A program made the position numbers and the translations under genes. Below are positions 21,675-31,616 of a stretch of 64,000 nt of DNA, piece after piece. Under the pieces are notes generated by a model, which worked only from the letters and a program-made list of their open reading frames with translations, had not been told where the DNA came from and did not search any database. Position 1 is the first letter of the stretch. Each line of letters starts with the position of its first letter. The stretch comes from Candidatus Dojkabacteria bacterium (lineage in GTDB: Bacteria; Patescibacteriota; Dojkabacteria; J137): NCBI GenBank assembly GCA_041750555.1, contig JBGSZB010000016.1, forward strand, positions 19,725 to 83,724, written 5' to 3'.

Positions 21675-22346
21675 CTAATTGTTAATGAATGGTTTAGTTA
21701 ATTCTATTAGTTTGTCATAATGATTATTTGCTTTTACAAAACTAGAAGCTAGAGCAACTCCAGTTGCCCCTAACCTTAATGAATTAACTACATCTTCAAC
21801 TGTTGTTACACCTGCTCCAATTAATAACTTAGTGTTTGTATTTTTAAATGTATTAATAAATTGAGTAACTGCTTCAGGTCTAGTTGTAACTGATATACCA
21901 CTACCTATTAAATCTTGGGGCTCATATATTAAATACTCTGGATTTGTTTTAATTAATTCCTGAGCCTCACTAACACTTTCAGTAAATACCATTAACTTTA
22001 AACCCCTGGATTGAATATTTATTATTTCCTCTATATCTAACTCACTTTTACATTCAGAATGGTTATAGAGTGAATATTTAACACCCAAAGATAATAAATT
22101 TTCTACAACTATTGCACCTGTAGATTGTCCCTCTAATTTACTACTTACATTTTGAGAAACAAAATGAATATTTGGATATTTATTAATAACTTCAGAGAGA
22201 TAAATTAAGGGTGGAGCAATAAATAATTTATTACTATCACGATTAAACATTGGGTAATCAGTTACAAATCTACTCACTTCATCTAGCATTTTAAATAGGG
22301 TATCAGCATTTGATTCGGAGTAGGTTTTTAAATTTAAAATTAACAT
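21675..22346 (-). CDS. tpiA: Triosephosphate isomerase, archaeal-type
   Basis: LNLKTY, NHSE, YEPQDLIGSG, GAGV, LASSFVKA; short (223 aa). Confidence 0.88.
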   Translation of the reverse strand: MLILNLKTYSESNADTLFKMLDEVSRFVTDYPMFNRDSNKLFIAPPLIYLSEVINKYPNIHFVSQNVSSKLEGQSTGAIVVENLLSLGVKYSLYNHSECKSELDIEEIINIQSRGLKLMVFTESVSEAQELIKTNPEYLIYEPQDLIGSGISVTTRPEAVTQFINTFKNTNTKLLIGAGVTTVEDVVNSLRLGATGVALASSFVKANNHYDKLIELTKPFINN

Positions 22347-22524
22347 TAAGAACTTTTTAACAATAAACTCGGTATTAAATATATCTAATATCTTTAATAC
22401 ATATTCATAATATTACTAAACATGAAATAATTAAAGTCATACTTTAATTTAAAAAGATAATCTACTAGCTAATATTTTAAATTTTAAGTAATATGACAAC
22501 TAAAGTACTTATTAAATTTTTTAT

Positions 22525-22938
22525 ATGGCAGATGATAATGTTTCAGATTTATTAACTAATGAGAATCTAGATAAGGTTGAAGAATATTTTAAATTAAAGG
22601 GAGTAATGAGAACCTTAAGAAATGATTTAAAAGATTTAAAAGCTCAATCTGAAGATTATGCTGAATTAACAAAAATTGTTAAAAAAGCTAAAGAATTAAG
22701 AGATAAGATTAAAGAGGATGAAAATATTAGAAATATAACTGAAAAATTAGAAGTAACTAAAGAGAGAGCTGAACTATTAAAAGAACTAATTAGAATAGAA
22801 CTTTTAGAAACTGCTCAAGAAGAAGTTAAGAGAAATGGTAGAAAGTTAAAGATTGTAAATATTCTTAAAGAGATGAAAGATGAAGATGATAAAAAGAAGA
22901 GTAAGTTTAAAGGTGGTAAATCAATATTTAGATCGTGA
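22525..22938 (+). CDS. Coiled-coil hypothetical protein
   Basis: K/E-rich helical ORF with housekeeping-like codon use. Confidence 0.7.
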   Translation: MADDNVSDLLTNENLDKVEEYFKLKGVMRTLRNDLKDLKAQSEDYAELTKIVKKAKELRDKIKEDENIRNITEKLEVTKERAELLKELIRIELLETAQEEVKRNGRKLKIVNILKEMKDEDDKKKSKFKGGKSIFRS

Positions 22939-22970
22939 GTTTGAATAATAAATTTGTGATTTAGGTTTTA

Positions 22971-23711
22971 ATGAGAAAGTTTAGTGCTTATGAAATTAAT
23001 CTATTATCCCGTTATGGAATAGATTATCAAAGTGTAGATGATTTAAATATTCCAGTTGAATATATTATTGGTACCGCAATTTTTTGTGAAAATGAGTTTT
23101 TTGTTAATGAATCTACATTAATTCCAAGAATAGAGAGCGAATTTTTAATTGAATTAGCTCTTAGAGATATCTGTAATAAAGAGTTTAAAGATATTAAATA
23201 TATTGATATTGGAACAGGAAGTGGAGCTATTGGATTAACTTTTGCTATTGAATTAACAAGAAGGCATATTAATTTTGAAGGGACTTTAAGTGATATTTCA
23301 GATAAAGCCCTAAAGATTACTAAAAAGAATTTAAATAATTTAAAAAAATATATTAATGGGGATATTAATATTTTAAATTCAAATCTATTCTCAAATATTC
23401 CAAAAATTAAATTTAAATATATATTTGCTAATCTTCCATATATTCCAAGTAGTAGAATATATAACTTACCTGTAAGCGTTAAAGGATACGAACCTCTTAA
23501 TGCTCTTGATGGAGGAGAGGATGGATTAAATTTAATTAGAGAGTTATTAAATGTAGCATCTAAGTTTTTAGAAGATGATGGTTTAATTTTGCTAGAGGTT
23601 GATGATTCTCACACTTCTAAATATATTGATGAATTTAAGAGTAATTGGGATATATCTATTAAAAATGATTTTAATGGGAAGAATAGATATTGGTTGTGTA
23701 GAAAAAAGTAA
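22971..23711 (+). CDS. prmC: Release factor glutamine methyltransferase (PrmC/HemK)
   Basis: PVEYIIG, LIPRIESE, DIGTGSGAI, ANLPYI, ALDGGEDGL. Confidence 0.92.
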   Translation: MRKFSAYEINLLSRYGIDYQSVDDLNIPVEYIIGTAIFCENEFFVNESTLIPRIESEFLIELALRDICNKEFKDIKYIDIGTGSGAIGLTFAIELTRRHINFEGTLSDISDKALKITKKNLNNLKKYINGDINILNSNLFSNIPKIKFKYIFANLPYIPSSRIYNLPVSVKGYEPLNALDGGEDGLNLIRELLNVASKFLEDDGLILLEVDDSHTSKYIDEFKSNWDISIKNDFNGKNRYWLCRKK

Positions 23712-23832
23712 TCTCCTTTAAATACTATATGTTTAATATTTCTATATATATCTTAACCCCATAGTAATTATTTAATTTACAATATATTTTTAAACACTTA
23801 GACTAAAGAACATAGTAATTATCTTTCAAACT

Positions 23833-25494
23833 ATGTTTAATCCTAAATACATTTTTATATCTGGCGGCGTAATTTCAGGTCTTGGTAAGGGAGTAGCAGC
23901 AGCTTCCTTAGGTGTGTTATTAAAATCTCGTGGATACAAGGTTACTGCAATTAAGTGTGAAACTTATCTAAATGTAGACTCAGGAACAATTAATCCAATT
24001 GAACATGGAGATCCATTTTTATGTGGTGATGGATTAGAGGCAGATATGGATTTAGGAACATATGAAAGATTTTTAGAAGTTGAAGTTGGGCATAAAAACT
24101 TTGTAACAATGGGAAAGGTATACAAAGAGATAATTGATAAAGAGAGATCAATGGGATATGAGGGAAGAACAGTAGATGCAATTCCTGAAATACCAAATAA
24201 AATAATTGAAAAGATTAGAGAGGCTTCAAAAGACTTTGATATTTGTTTAGTTGAATTGGGGGGAACTGCGGGTGAATATCAAAACGTATATAACTATGAG
24301 GCTGCTAGGATGATGAAGTTAGAGAATCCAAGTGACGTTATTCATGTTCATATTACATATGTTCCACTTCCACCACATTTAGGAGAACCTAAAACTAAAC
24401 CTACTCAGTTATCTATGAGGTTTTTAAACATGGCAGGTATTCAACCTGAATTTTTAGTTTTAAGATCTAATGCAAAAATGGATCAATTAAGAGCTAAAAA
24501 GGTATCCGTACAATGTAATATTCATGAAGATAGAATAATCTTTAACCCTAATGTTAAAAGTATTTATGAGCTCCCTATTCTTTTTGAAGAGCAGGAGTTT
24601 GATAGAAAAGCTCTAGAACTTTTAGGACTACCTGTTAAAAGATTAGAATTTAGTAAATGGCAAAACCTAGTTAGGACAGTTACAACTGTTAGAAAAAAGA
24701 GGGTAAACATTGCAATTGTTGGTAAATATATATCAACTGGATCATATGAATTACCAGATGCATATAACTCATTAACTCACTCCCTTAAACACGCTAGTTG
24801 GGGAACAGGGATAGGGGTAGATATACATTTCATTAACTCTGAAAGTTTTGAAAAAGAATTAAATAAAAAGAAGGATCTATTAAAAGGAATGGATGGAATA
24901 ATTGTACCAATAGGGTGGGGTAATAGGGGAAGTGAGGGTAAAATTAGGGCTATAGAATATGCAAGAGTTAAAAAGGTTCCATATTTAGGGCTATGTTTTG
25001 GTATGCAATTAGCCTGCATTGAATATGCAAGAAATATATTAAAGATTAAAGATGCAACTAGTGAAGAATTAAATGAAAAATCTAAAAACAAGATAATTCA
25101 TTCAATACCGTTTGATCCTAAGTATCAAACTATTAAGGGAGAAGGTACTTCAATGAGGTTAGGAACTTTCCCATGTGTTGTTAAAAAGAATAGTTTAGCT
25201 TATGAAATATATACTAAACATAATGAAGGTGTATTAGATAAAAATGGTAATTTAATAGTTGAAGAGAGACATAGACATAGATTTGAATTTAAGAACGAGT
25301 ATAGATCCGAAATGGAGAAGAGTGGATTTGTATTTAGTGGAACTTCCCCTGATGATTTCTTTGTGGAAATGATTGAGTTACCAAGAAAAGTTCACCCATT
25401 TTTCTTAGCAACACAAGCTCATCCTGAGTATAAATCTAGTCCATTAAAACCTCATCCATTTTTTATTGAATTTATTAGAGCATGTTTAAAATAG
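23833..25494 (+). CDS. pyrG: CTP synthase
   Basis: GGVISGLGKG, KTKPTQ, GLCFGMQ, ERHRHRFE, QAHPE. Confidence 0.98.
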   Translation: MFNPKYIFISGGVISGLGKGVAAASLGVLLKSRGYKVTAIKCETYLNVDSGTINPIEHGDPFLCGDGLEADMDLGTYERFLEVEVGHKNFVTMGKVYKEIIDKERSMGYEGRTVDAIPEIPNKIIEKIREASKDFDICLVELGGTAGEYQNVYNYEAARMMKLENPSDVIHVHITYVPLPPHLGEPKTKPTQLSMRFLNMAGIQPEFLVLRSNAKMDQLRAKKVSVQCNIHEDRIIFNPNVKSIYELPILFEEQEFDRKALELLGLPVKRLEFSKWQNLVRTVTTVRKKRVNIAIVGKYISTGSYELPDAYNSLTHSLKHASWGTGIGVDIHFINSESFEKELNKKKDLLKGMDGIIVPIGWGNRGSEGKIRAIEYARVKKVPYLGLCFGMQLACIEYARNILKIKDATSEELNEKSKNKIIHSIPFDPKYQTIKGEGTSMRLGTFPCVVKKNSLAYEIYTKHNEGVLDKNGNLIVEERHRHRFEFKNEYRSEMEKSGFVFSGTSPDDFFVEMIELPRKVHPFFLATQAHPEYKSSPLKPHPFFIEFIRACLK

Positions 25495-25607
25495 TATCCT
25501 GTAGTATTTTATTATTTGCATGTTTTAATTTAATTTTGTAATCTACTCAAAGTATAAAAACATAATGTGAAGAAGATTATTAATTTAAATATCAATATTT
25601 AACTCTT

Positions 25608-25632
25608 AAAGAGCCGGAAGGCTCTTTTTTTT
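25608..25632 (+). terminator. Intrinsic terminator (pyrG terminator and/or attenuator for the next gene)
   Basis: AAAGAGCC-GGAA-GGCTCTTT hairpin with GNRA loop followed by a T-run. Confidence 0.85.
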
Positions 25633-25650
25633 AATTTTTATTTTTTTATT

Positions 25651-26664
25651 ATGATAGCTTTAGATAATTTAGAAGGTAAAATCCCTGAAGGGTTTGGTGT
25701 AAAACCATTGTTTGAGGAATTACATCCAAATGGTCATATAGACGAAGAAACATATGAAAGAATTTTTGCAACAATAAATGTAAATCATCCAACTGATTGG
25801 ATGAGAGATAATCTTGATCAAAATGCAGAAGCTAATCCTGATAGTTTACCTAATGAATTTAAAAAGATATTTGAAAATTTCAGTCCAGAAGAAAGATTGG
25901 AATTAAGTGATTGTGCAGATGTTTTAAGTGAAATCGCGAATATGAATTTTGATGAACTTAATGTTAATCAAGTAAATGAATTAAGAAGAATATATAGAGA
26001 AGCTGAGATGAGAATTATGTATATGGTGAGAGTTAAGATTAAAGAGTATTTAGGAATAGATGTAGGTAATTTTGAAGCAATTAAAGAAAAATCATTATGT
26101 TTATACGCTCTTAGAGGAGCTAAGATAATGAAAAAAGGATTTGAACCATTAGCTAAGTATAACTATGAAGTTGAAATGAAAAGATTAGTTATGATGGATG
26201 GCCATTTTGAAGTAGGGGTGGGTTATGACTTTTTTAATATTCTAAGAAATTTATCACAAGAGGAAAAAGATAGTATTGAGAATGTATATTTACCAGATGA
26301 TTGTATATCAACTGGTATGAGTCAATTTGCAATGCTTAAGTTATTAAAAGCATTAGGATTAAATAATTTAAAAAAAATTATTATTCCAGCAAGTGTAGCA
26401 GTATCTGGTGGTATTAAACATTTAGTAAGTGAAGCAAAAAAGTTATTCCCAAATTGTGAAATAATTGTTGGTGCAGGAGAAGTTGCATACAGAGTTAATC
26501 AATTAATGTATCTATTAAAGCAGGATGGTAACTTTAAAGTAGGTGATATGGGGAAATTTAATGATATGGATGCATATGATTATATACCAGAGGGAGATCA
26601 ACCTATTAATGCTAATGAATTAATTAATCAAGCTAGACAAATTGGGGGAGTAGTTGAAGCATAA
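25651..26664 (+). CDS. Divergent type I phosphoribosyltransferase (UPRTase-like) with N-terminal extension; C-terminus ...VVEA
   Basis: ALRGA (cf. ILRAG), VYLPDDCISTGMS (PRPP loop), FPNCEIIVGA...VNQLMYL...VGDMG (cf. FPDVKI...LNEKGYI..GLGDAG). Confidence 0.6.
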   Translation: MIALDNLEGKIPEGFGVKPLFEELHPNGHIDEETYERIFATINVNHPTDWMRDNLDQNAEANPDSLPNEFKKIFENFSPEERLELSDCADVLSEIANMNFDELNVNQVNELRRIYREAEMRIMYMVRVKIKEYLGIDVGNFEAIKEKSLCLYALRGAKIMKKGFEPLAKYNYEVEMKRLVMMDGHFEVGVGYDFFNILRNLSQEEKDSIENVYLPDDCISTGMSQFAMLKLLKALGLNNLKKIIIPASVAVSGGIKHLVSEAKKLFPNCEIIVGAGEVAYRVNQLMYLLKQDGNFKVGDMGKFNDMDAYDYIPEGDQPINANELINQARQIGGVVEA

Positions 26665-26706
26665 TAAGCCATTGAATAAACTCTTGGGATGTATTATCCT
26701 ATCTTA

Positions 26707-28260
26707 ATGGCTACATTTTTTAAAAGACCAAAACCTATCGTATTAGCAATAATGGATGGAGTAGGTGTAGCTCCTCCAGGGCAGGGTAATGCAGTAACAT
26801 TAGCTGACACACCTAACCTTGATAAACTATGGCCAATGTATCCTCATGCATACTTAGAAGCTAGTGGATTAAATGTAGGGCTACCTCAAGGAACAGATGG
26901 TAATAGTGAAGTGGGACATATGACATTAGGAGCAGGTAAAGTAATATTTCAAAACCTACCTAGAATTGATAACAGTATTGCAACAGGAGATTTCTTTAGA
27001 AATGAACAGATTAAAAGAGCTTTTGATCATGTAAAAGAAACTAAAGGTGTAGTTCATATTATGGGGTTAGTAGGAAATGGATTTGTACATGCTTCAGTTG
27101 AACATCTATATGCATTAATTAAAATGGCAGCTAGTGAAAAAATTAAATCAGATAGACTTGCAATACACTTATTTACAGATGGAAGAGACTCTGCTCCAGA
27201 TGCTTCAATTGATGTAATTCAAAAGATAGAAGCTGTATGTATACAAAAAAGAGTAGGTAAAATTGCATCAATTATTGGTAGAGCATATGCAATGGATAGG
27301 AATAGGAATTGGAAGAAGACTCAATTAGCATATGATATGTTAGTTAATGGAAAAGCCCAAAGGGTTACAGATTGGGAAAAAGCTATTAAAGAGTCATACA
27401 AAAAAGAGATAACTGATGAATATATTGAACCAATATTAATTGACTACAATGGTGAAGTTTATCAAATACAAGATAATGATAGTGTAATATTTTTTAACTA
27501 CAGACCTGATAGAGCTTATCAATTAACACTAAGTTTAGAAGATCCAACCTTTAAAGAGTTTGAAACTAAAAAGTTTAAAGACTTCTACTTTGTAGGTATG
27601 ACTGATTATGAGAATGGATATCCAAAGAATAAAGCATTTCCTCCTGAAAAAGTATTAAAACCATTAGGAAGTATATTGTCAGATAATGATTTAAAACAAT
27701 TAAGAATTGCTGAATCTGAAAAGTTTCCTCATGTTACATACTTTTTTAATGGAGCAAATAAAGAGATATACAAAGGAGAAACATGGGTAGAAGTTCCATC
27801 TCCTAAAGATGTAGCTACGTATGATAAAAAGCCAGGAATGAGTATGGAGTGGGTTACTGAGATGTTAATTGATAAATTAGATAAAAATGATTATGACTTT
27901 GTATTAGTTAACTATGCAGGACCTGATATGGTAGCTCATACAGGAGTAATGGATGCAAGTGTAGAGGCTATGGAAATTTGTGATAAATGTGTTGGAACAC
28001 TTGTTAATGAAGTATTAAAAAGAGATGGAATACTTTTAATTACTGCTGATCATGGTAATTGTGAAGAATTAATTGATCCTAAAACTGGAAATGCTGATAC
28101 TAAGCATTCTACTAACCAAGTACCTTTCTTAGTTGTTAGAAATGGTTTAAAGGGTAGAGAATTAACAGTTGGTGGATTAAGTGATATAGCTCCTACAATA
28201 TTAAAGCTTATGGGAATTGAAATCCCCCCCGAAATGACCGGGAGGGATTTATTAGCTTAA
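26707..28260 (+). CDS. gpmI: 2,3-bisphosphoglycerate-independent phosphoglycerate mutase
   Basis: IMDGVG, GNSEVGH, TDGRD, GRAYAMDR, PDMVAHTG, TADHGNCE. Confidence 0.97.
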   Translation: MATFFKRPKPIVLAIMDGVGVAPPGQGNAVTLADTPNLDKLWPMYPHAYLEASGLNVGLPQGTDGNSEVGHMTLGAGKVIFQNLPRIDNSIATGDFFRNEQIKRAFDHVKETKGVVHIMGLVGNGFVHASVEHLYALIKMAASEKIKSDRLAIHLFTDGRDSAPDASIDVIQKIEAVCIQKRVGKIASIIGRAYAMDRNRNWKKTQLAYDMLVNGKAQRVTDWEKAIKESYKKEITDEYIEPILIDYNGEVYQIQDNDSVIFFNYRPDRAYQLTLSLEDPTFKEFETKKFKDFYFVGMTDYENGYPKNKAFPPEKVLKPLGSILSDNDLKQLRIAESEKFPHVTYFFNGANKEIYKGETWVEVPSPKDVATYDKKPGMSMEWVTEMLIDKLDKNDYDFVLVNYAGPDMVAHTGVMDASVEAMEICDKCVGTLVNEVLKRDGILLITADHGNCEELIDPKTGNADTKHSTNQVPFLVVRNGLKGRELTVGGLSDIAPTILKLMGIEIPPEMTGRDLLA

Positions 28261-28273
28261 TACTCACTTAATG

Positions 28274-29161
28274 TTATCTATTTGTAGTGTTACTTGTTGA
28301 ACTACTAGGTACGGGACATCCTTTATTTAAGTTTTTAACGAAGTAGTTATAGTCAGTTCTAGTTACATATCCATCACCATTTGAATCAGCAGTAACATCA
28401 CAAGTATTTGTTTTAGGAGCTGATACAGGAGTTCCTGCAACTACATCCTTACATTTATATGGGAAACCTCCTGCAAAAGAACTAGTAAAATCTCTAACTG
28501 TTATATTACCATCGTTATTTGTATCAATTGATGCACAAGGTTGTTCTATAAACTTATCACACTTCATTCCAAAGAACTCACTAAAGATTTTAAAATCATT
28601 GTAATCTAAAACGTAATCTTTATTTGCATCCATTGGACCACAGTGTTGTGTAGATAAATATGCTTCATCTGTTGGATCACACTGCTTACCCATGTTTTGA
28701 GCTAAGAAAGAAAAATCTCTTATTGTAATTCTATTATCTCTTGTTCCAGTAATCCCTTTAGAGTCCGTTGGCAATACATCCATTGTTCCGCAATTAATTG
28801 TTTTATTAGTAGAGCTAGAAGAAGTTGAGCCTTTATTTGAAATTACATTTGAGATTTCAGTTAAACTCTCATCATTTATCTCACTATCTTCATCTAATAG
28901 AGAGGTAGTTAAACAATTGTTAACATATGTATCTGTTAAGAATAGTTTTTCATCTTCATAATCATCACTAGAGGCTAAATCTAATTCAGGAAATGTTGTA
29001 CAGAAATCTTCAGTATTAACGTATTCTACAATTTTACTATCTATATCAGTTGTATTTACTGTTGCAGTATTAACCATCATGGTTGAAGCTAGTACTCCAA
29101 CTATAAAGAATCCAAGTGCAACTGAGAGAAGTAGTATAGTTAAAATATGGTGTCTTTTCAT
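28274..29161 (-). CDS. Exported protein with four Cys-bracketed dockerin/EF-hand-like repeats
   Basis: N-terminal signal/TM; DANKDYVLDYND, DTNNDGNITVRD, DSNGDGYVTRTD, each flanked by Cys. Confidence 0.7.
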   Translation of the reverse strand: MKRHHILTILLLSVALGFFIVGVLASTMMVNTATVNTTDIDSKIVEYVNTEDFCTTFPELDLASSDDYEDEKLFLTDTYVNNCLTTSLLDEDSEINDESLTEISNVISNKGSTSSSSTNKTINCGTMDVLPTDSKGITGTRDNRITIRDFSFLAQNMGKQCDPTDEAYLSTQHCGPMDANKDYVLDYNDFKIFSEFFGMKCDKFIEQPCASIDTNNDGNITVRDFTSSFAGGFPYKCKDVVAGTPVSAPKTNTCDVTADSNGDGYVTRTDYNYFVKNLNKGCPVPSSSTSNTTNR

Positions 29162-29214
29162 AAGTGTCTATTAAAATATATATTGTTAATAGTTTACATT
29201 ATGGATTGTTAATG

Positions 29215-30330
29215 TCAATTAGAAGACAAACTAGTGTTGAGTAATTTCATCCAGTTACTATAGAAAGTTAAGTTATGTATTGTTAATAATCTTAAAGCAC
29301 TGCTTTCCTTAAGTCTTAATAAATGTCTAATATAGCTTCTTGAATAATTAGAACAAGCCTCACATTTACAAGTACTATCTATTGGGTTTAAATCATCTTC
29401 ATATCGTTTACTTTTAATATGCATTACATCATATTTTAAATTTTTGTATCCCCGATTTACATCACCATTTCCTTCACTTACATATATATATCCATGTCTT
29501 GCATTACGGGTAGGTAGCACTGTATCAAATAGATCCCAACCTTTTTCTACACAGTAAGCTATATCTTCAGGTTGTCCAACTCCCATAGCATATTTTATTT
29601 TATTTTCTGGTATTAAATTAGATACATACTCAAGCATTTCATGATAAAACCCTGTATAGTTATCATTTCTCCAAGTTTCTCCAGAAGTTAGTGGTACTCC
29701 CCCATAGTTAAATATATCAAAATCTAATTCAAGTAATTCTGATGCTGATTGTTTTCTTAATTCAAAATCATTAGCTCCCTGTATTACACAACCTAATAAC
29801 TTAGCATTATCTAACTCTTTAAACTTCTTTAATGATCTCTTAGCCCATTTAGTATTTAATTTAACACTTTCACGTCTTTCTTTAAGTGTTGAGTTAATTA
29901 ATATTGGATGATCTAATACTGTTAATATGTCACTTCCTAAGTTATCTTGTATTTGAATTGAATTTTCAGGTGTTAACAGAGATGATTTATTTGTATTAGG
30001 ATTTACAAATGTACAACCTAAATCACTTATTGCATTTTTAGAGTATCCACTTTTTGAATTAATTAAACTAAATACTTGCCAACCACCACTATCTGTTAAT
30101 ATTGGTCTATCCCAGTTAAAGTATTTATGTATACCACCCATCTCTTTAATTCTATTACTCCCAATATTTTGTTCAATATGAAGAGTAGTTGTAACTATCT
30201 CTTTAACTCCACATGATTTTGCATCTTCAAATGTTATTGATTTAATAGATCCATATGTAGCATCTGGCATAAAGCTAGGTAGAGATATTTCACCATGTTT
30301 AGTTTTTAATATCTTTTTATTCTTTATCAT
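29215..30330 (-). CDS. tgt: tRNA-guanine transglycosylase
   Basis: LTDSGGWQVFSL, IQG, MGVG, FDTVLPTRNARHG, CKCEAC zinc site, HNL. Confidence 0.95.
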   Translation of the reverse strand: MIKNKKILKTKHGEISLPSFMPDATYGSIKSITFEDAKSCGVKEIVTTTLHIEQNIGSNRIKEMGGIHKYFNWDRPILTDSGGWQVFSLINSKSGYSKNAISDLGCTFVNPNTNKSSLLTPENSIQIQDNLGSDILTVLDHPILINSTLKERRESVKLNTKWAKRSLKKFKELDNAKLLGCVIQGANDFELRKQSASELLELDFDIFNYGGVPLTSGETWRNDNYTGFYHEMLEYVSNLIPENKIKYAMGVGQPEDIAYCVEKGWDLFDTVLPTRNARHGYIYVSEGNGDVNRGYKNLKYDVMHIKSKRYEDDLNPIDSTCKCEACSNYSRSYIRHLLRLKESSALRLLTIHNLTFYSNWMKLLNTSLSSN

Positions 30331-30417
30331 TAATTAATAACTTAATCTAATTTCTATATTCTGTATTGATTTTTATACATGAGATTATATAATACTTCTA
30401 TATTATTAAATACCCAT

Positions 30418-31536
30418 ATGAATATTAATAGCATTACCCCGACTTCTCAGGACTTTGAACCCAAAGTAGCAGATTACCGCAGATTTAATCTTGAACCTTA
30501 TCAAAAAAGAATAATTGATTTACGAAATAAATTAAATAGTGTTTATGATACTCTAAATAATCTTGTAAAAGACCCTGACTATGAAACTAAAGAAGTTTCG
30601 ATTGAAGACTATGAAGCTATTATTGAACATCTTAGATTACTTAATAATGAGTATGAAAAGTTAATAAAATACTTTACAAAAAGGAATGTTGCAAATTATT
30701 TGTATCCGCTTATTCTTCATGATTCTATTAAACCACTTTATACTCTTATACCTTATTTAGGTATGCTTACTTATGGTATAGATGATTACAAAGTTATTGT
30801 TAAAGAGAGCTTAGATTCCACTTTTACTAGTATAAGAACCTACTTAGATATCTTAGAGAAAATATCTACTTCTAATTTATTTGATACAAACCTCTCTTGC
30901 TTAGATCTAGCCAATGCACAAGGCTTAGATAGCACAGAAAGGGGAGGACTGTATCAAATCACATATAATGGGAAACTAAAAGAAATTGATTTAACAGACT
31001 TAAAAGGATTTTCGACACTTGAAATGTTTTTCCCAATCAATACAGCATTAATTAATGCTATACGAAGAGAAGATGTAACAAAGATAAAAATATCAGAAGT
31101 TCATGACGAAGCTACAGGAAATACGACATACTTAATTGCTGATAATTCACCAGTTAAATGGAATACCTCCCAAGATGAAACTCCTGAAGGATTTACAAAA
31201 CTGGCTATGGAAGCATATTTTTTAGGTATGGAATTCCCAGAATCTCCTGTTAAATCAGTATCGGGTGGTGCCCAAATGTCAATAGAACTTGCAGGTAAAA
31301 GAGATGCGAGATCAAATGATACTGATAAATCTTATCAATTAATAGAACAAAACCAAGTTGAGATAGAGTCTGCTAAAGCTGAGAATAAGTCACTTCATTT
31401 AGAACAATTTATTGGATATAAAGTTTTAGTATTAAAATTTAAGAAAGGTACACTAATAGTAGATTACCTATCTAAAAACCCTAAGAAGAATCAGGATACT
31501 GAAGCAGATGAAGAAGCTCTTATTGCTGCCGCCTAA
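30418..31536 (+). CDS. Orphan resembling a degenerate histidine kinase; C-terminus ...EEALIAAA
   Basis: LHDSIKPL (H-box-like), TALINAIR (N-box-like), IADNSP (G1-like), SGGAQMS (decayed G2); promoter TTGATT..TATAAT upstream. Confidence 0.5.
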   Translation: MNINSITPTSQDFEPKVADYRRFNLEPYQKRIIDLRNKLNSVYDTLNNLVKDPDYETKEVSIEDYEAIIEHLRLLNNEYEKLIKYFTKRNVANYLYPLILHDSIKPLYTLIPYLGMLTYGIDDYKVIVKESLDSTFTSIRTYLDILEKISTSNLFDTNLSCLDLANAQGLDSTERGGLYQITYNGKLKEIDLTDLKGFSTLEMFFPINTALINAIRREDVTKIKISEVHDEATGNTTYLIADNSPVKWNTSQDETPEGFTKLAMEAYFLGMEFPESPVKSVSGGAQMSIELAGKRDARSNDTDKSYQLIEQNQVEIESAKAENKSLHLEQFIGYKVLVLKFKKGTLIVDYLSKNPKKNQDTEADEEALIAAA

Positions 31537-31537
31537 T

Positions 31538-31594
31538 TTGACAAAAAAAAATTACTTAATATATAATTTAGCAGGTGATACATTCACCTGCTAT
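31538..31594 (+). promoter_or_regulatory. Sigma70 promoter followed by a CIRCE-like operator upstream of hsp20
   Basis: TTGACA-18 nt-TATAAT, then TTAGCAGGT-N9-ACCTGCTAT (31568-31594). Confidence 0.75.
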
Positions 31595-31616
31595 TTTACT
31601 TTTTAATATATATATT

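Noticed and set aside
25611-25624. CCGGAAGG resembles the SRP RNA domain IV tetraloop and loosely a PyrR loop
   Set aside because: The flanking CAGG/AGCA internal loop is absent; a perfect stem plus T-run fits a terminator.
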